The notes under the pieces were generated by a model. That model had not been told where the DNA came from. It was given only the letters and a program-made list of their open reading frames with translations, and searched no databases. Made by a program: the position numbers and the translations under genes. From Camelus ferus (lineage: Eukaryota), in NCBI RefSeq assembly GCF_009834535.1, contig NC_045698.1:4652001-4716000 (forward strand): a stretch of DNA of 64,000 nt, given 5' to 3'. Below are positions 62,950 to 64,000 of the stretch, one piece after another (position 1 is the first letter of the stretch; each line of letters begins with the position of its first letter).

Positions 62950-63470
62950 CAGTTTTATTTTCTGCCTGCCTGTTAGCAGGACCACAGGCGGAATCAAAGG
63001 ATGCCTTCCATGTGATCATGTTAGTCTACAACGTATTTGTCAGAGGTTGCTTTTGCTCCATGAGGCAGACAGCTGAGTACAACAGCCACACCACACAGGT
63101 TTTGTTTTGGTTTTATCCTTCATGTAATGAGGAGCCTGGAGGGAGGCGGCCCAGGATCGGTGCCAGGCACATAGTATCAATATCCCCACCTTCTTCTGTC
63201 TTTCTGCTCCTCAGATGATACTACAGCCTTATTCCAGGTGGGAAGAAGGGCAAAGTTGAAAGGCAAAAGGCCTTTACCAGCTGAGTTTGTCTTTTTTGTC
63301 AAGAAAACAGTTTCCTGGATGTTGTGTCTTCACACCACTGTTCAGTGATGCTGTCTCCTCCACTGGAAGGTGAGCAGTGTGAGGGCAGGGATCACCTCAT
63401 GGTGTCACTTTGTGTTCTCAGTACCAATCCCAGGGACCTGCACAATGAATGTACCAAATGGATAAGAGAT
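62950..63470. mobile_element. Old MLT1 remnant (~62950-63310) followed by an L2 3' end (~63330-63470)
   Basis: cagaggttgcttttgct...cagccttattccagg; ctccactggaaggtgagcagtgtgagggcaggga. Confidence 0.5.
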
Positions 63471-63603
63471 AAGTGGGTTCCTTATCCCTTATGCTCCTGT
63501 GGTCTGCAGGAGAGCCCTGGGCTGGAGGTCAACAATGGATGAGTGGGCTGTCGTCCCTAAACCACTGACAGTAGCTGGAACTCCGTGGCTTCAGCACCCC
63601 ACT

Positions 63604-63609
63604 GTGTGT

Positions 63610-63645
<36 letters not shown>

Positions 63646-63839
63646 TTGTGTGAGCACCTGTGAGAGGGTGTGTGAGTGTGTAAGTATGTGTGGTGTGCAC
63701 TGTGTGAGCATATGTATGCATGTATGTAAGCATGTGTATGCTGCACATGTGTCAGTGAGTGAAAGTGTGTTCATGCACATGTCTGGATGTGTGTGTGTGG
63801 ATGAGTGTGTGGTGTGTGCACATGTATGCATGTGTGTGT
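63604..63839. repeat. (TG)n microsatellite (near-pure 63604-63642) with a long degenerate TG/CA-rich extension
   Basis: Direct reading. Confidence 0.95.
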
Positions 63840-64000
63840 CTTTTCTTTGGCTTTGTTTGAATTGCGAAGTGTCAATAAATTAATCAAATTTACTGCATTC
63901 TGTGATTAATTCTGATGCCTTTAAAAAGAGGTTATTTGATATTTTTTCTAAGAAGTACAGTGATGTCTTTTAAAAAGGACACATTTGCCCCTTTCCTGGT

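Noticed and set aside
63529..63883. His/Thr- and Cys/Val-rich ORFs (also ~34142-34737 and ~28988-29241)
   Set aside because: Translations of TG/CA or CCTT microsatellites.

Overview
Mammalian (eutherian) non-coding DNA, very probably camelid: it carries two tRNA-derived SINEs resembling the camelid vic-1 family and artiodactyl-type L1 ends. I can support no host protein-coding gene. The only recognisable ORF-track peptides are decayed LINE-1 ORF1/ORF2 fragments. Much of the window is interspersed repeat (L1, L2, MIR, MaLR/ERV LTRs, hAT and Tigger DNA transposons), several of them nested. Repeat family names are recognised from memory of consensus sequences, and boundaries of old repeats are approximate. 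The best lead is a ~3.06-kb L1 derivative (5891-8951, minus strand) with a perfect 18-bp target-site duplication. It has a complete 5'UTR and ORF1 fused directly to the extreme ORF2 C-terminus and 3'UTR, i.e. a half-L1 (HAL1-like) or spliced-L1 architecture. Other notable structures: a young L1 nested in a twin-primed inverted L1 (21841-23240), a strong CTCF site with upstream module (~17958-17990), and a CpG island (~48030-48830) abutting a ~600-bp AT-rich minisatellite. There are also weak orphan exon candidates. No prokaryote-type systems (CRISPR, operons) are present.
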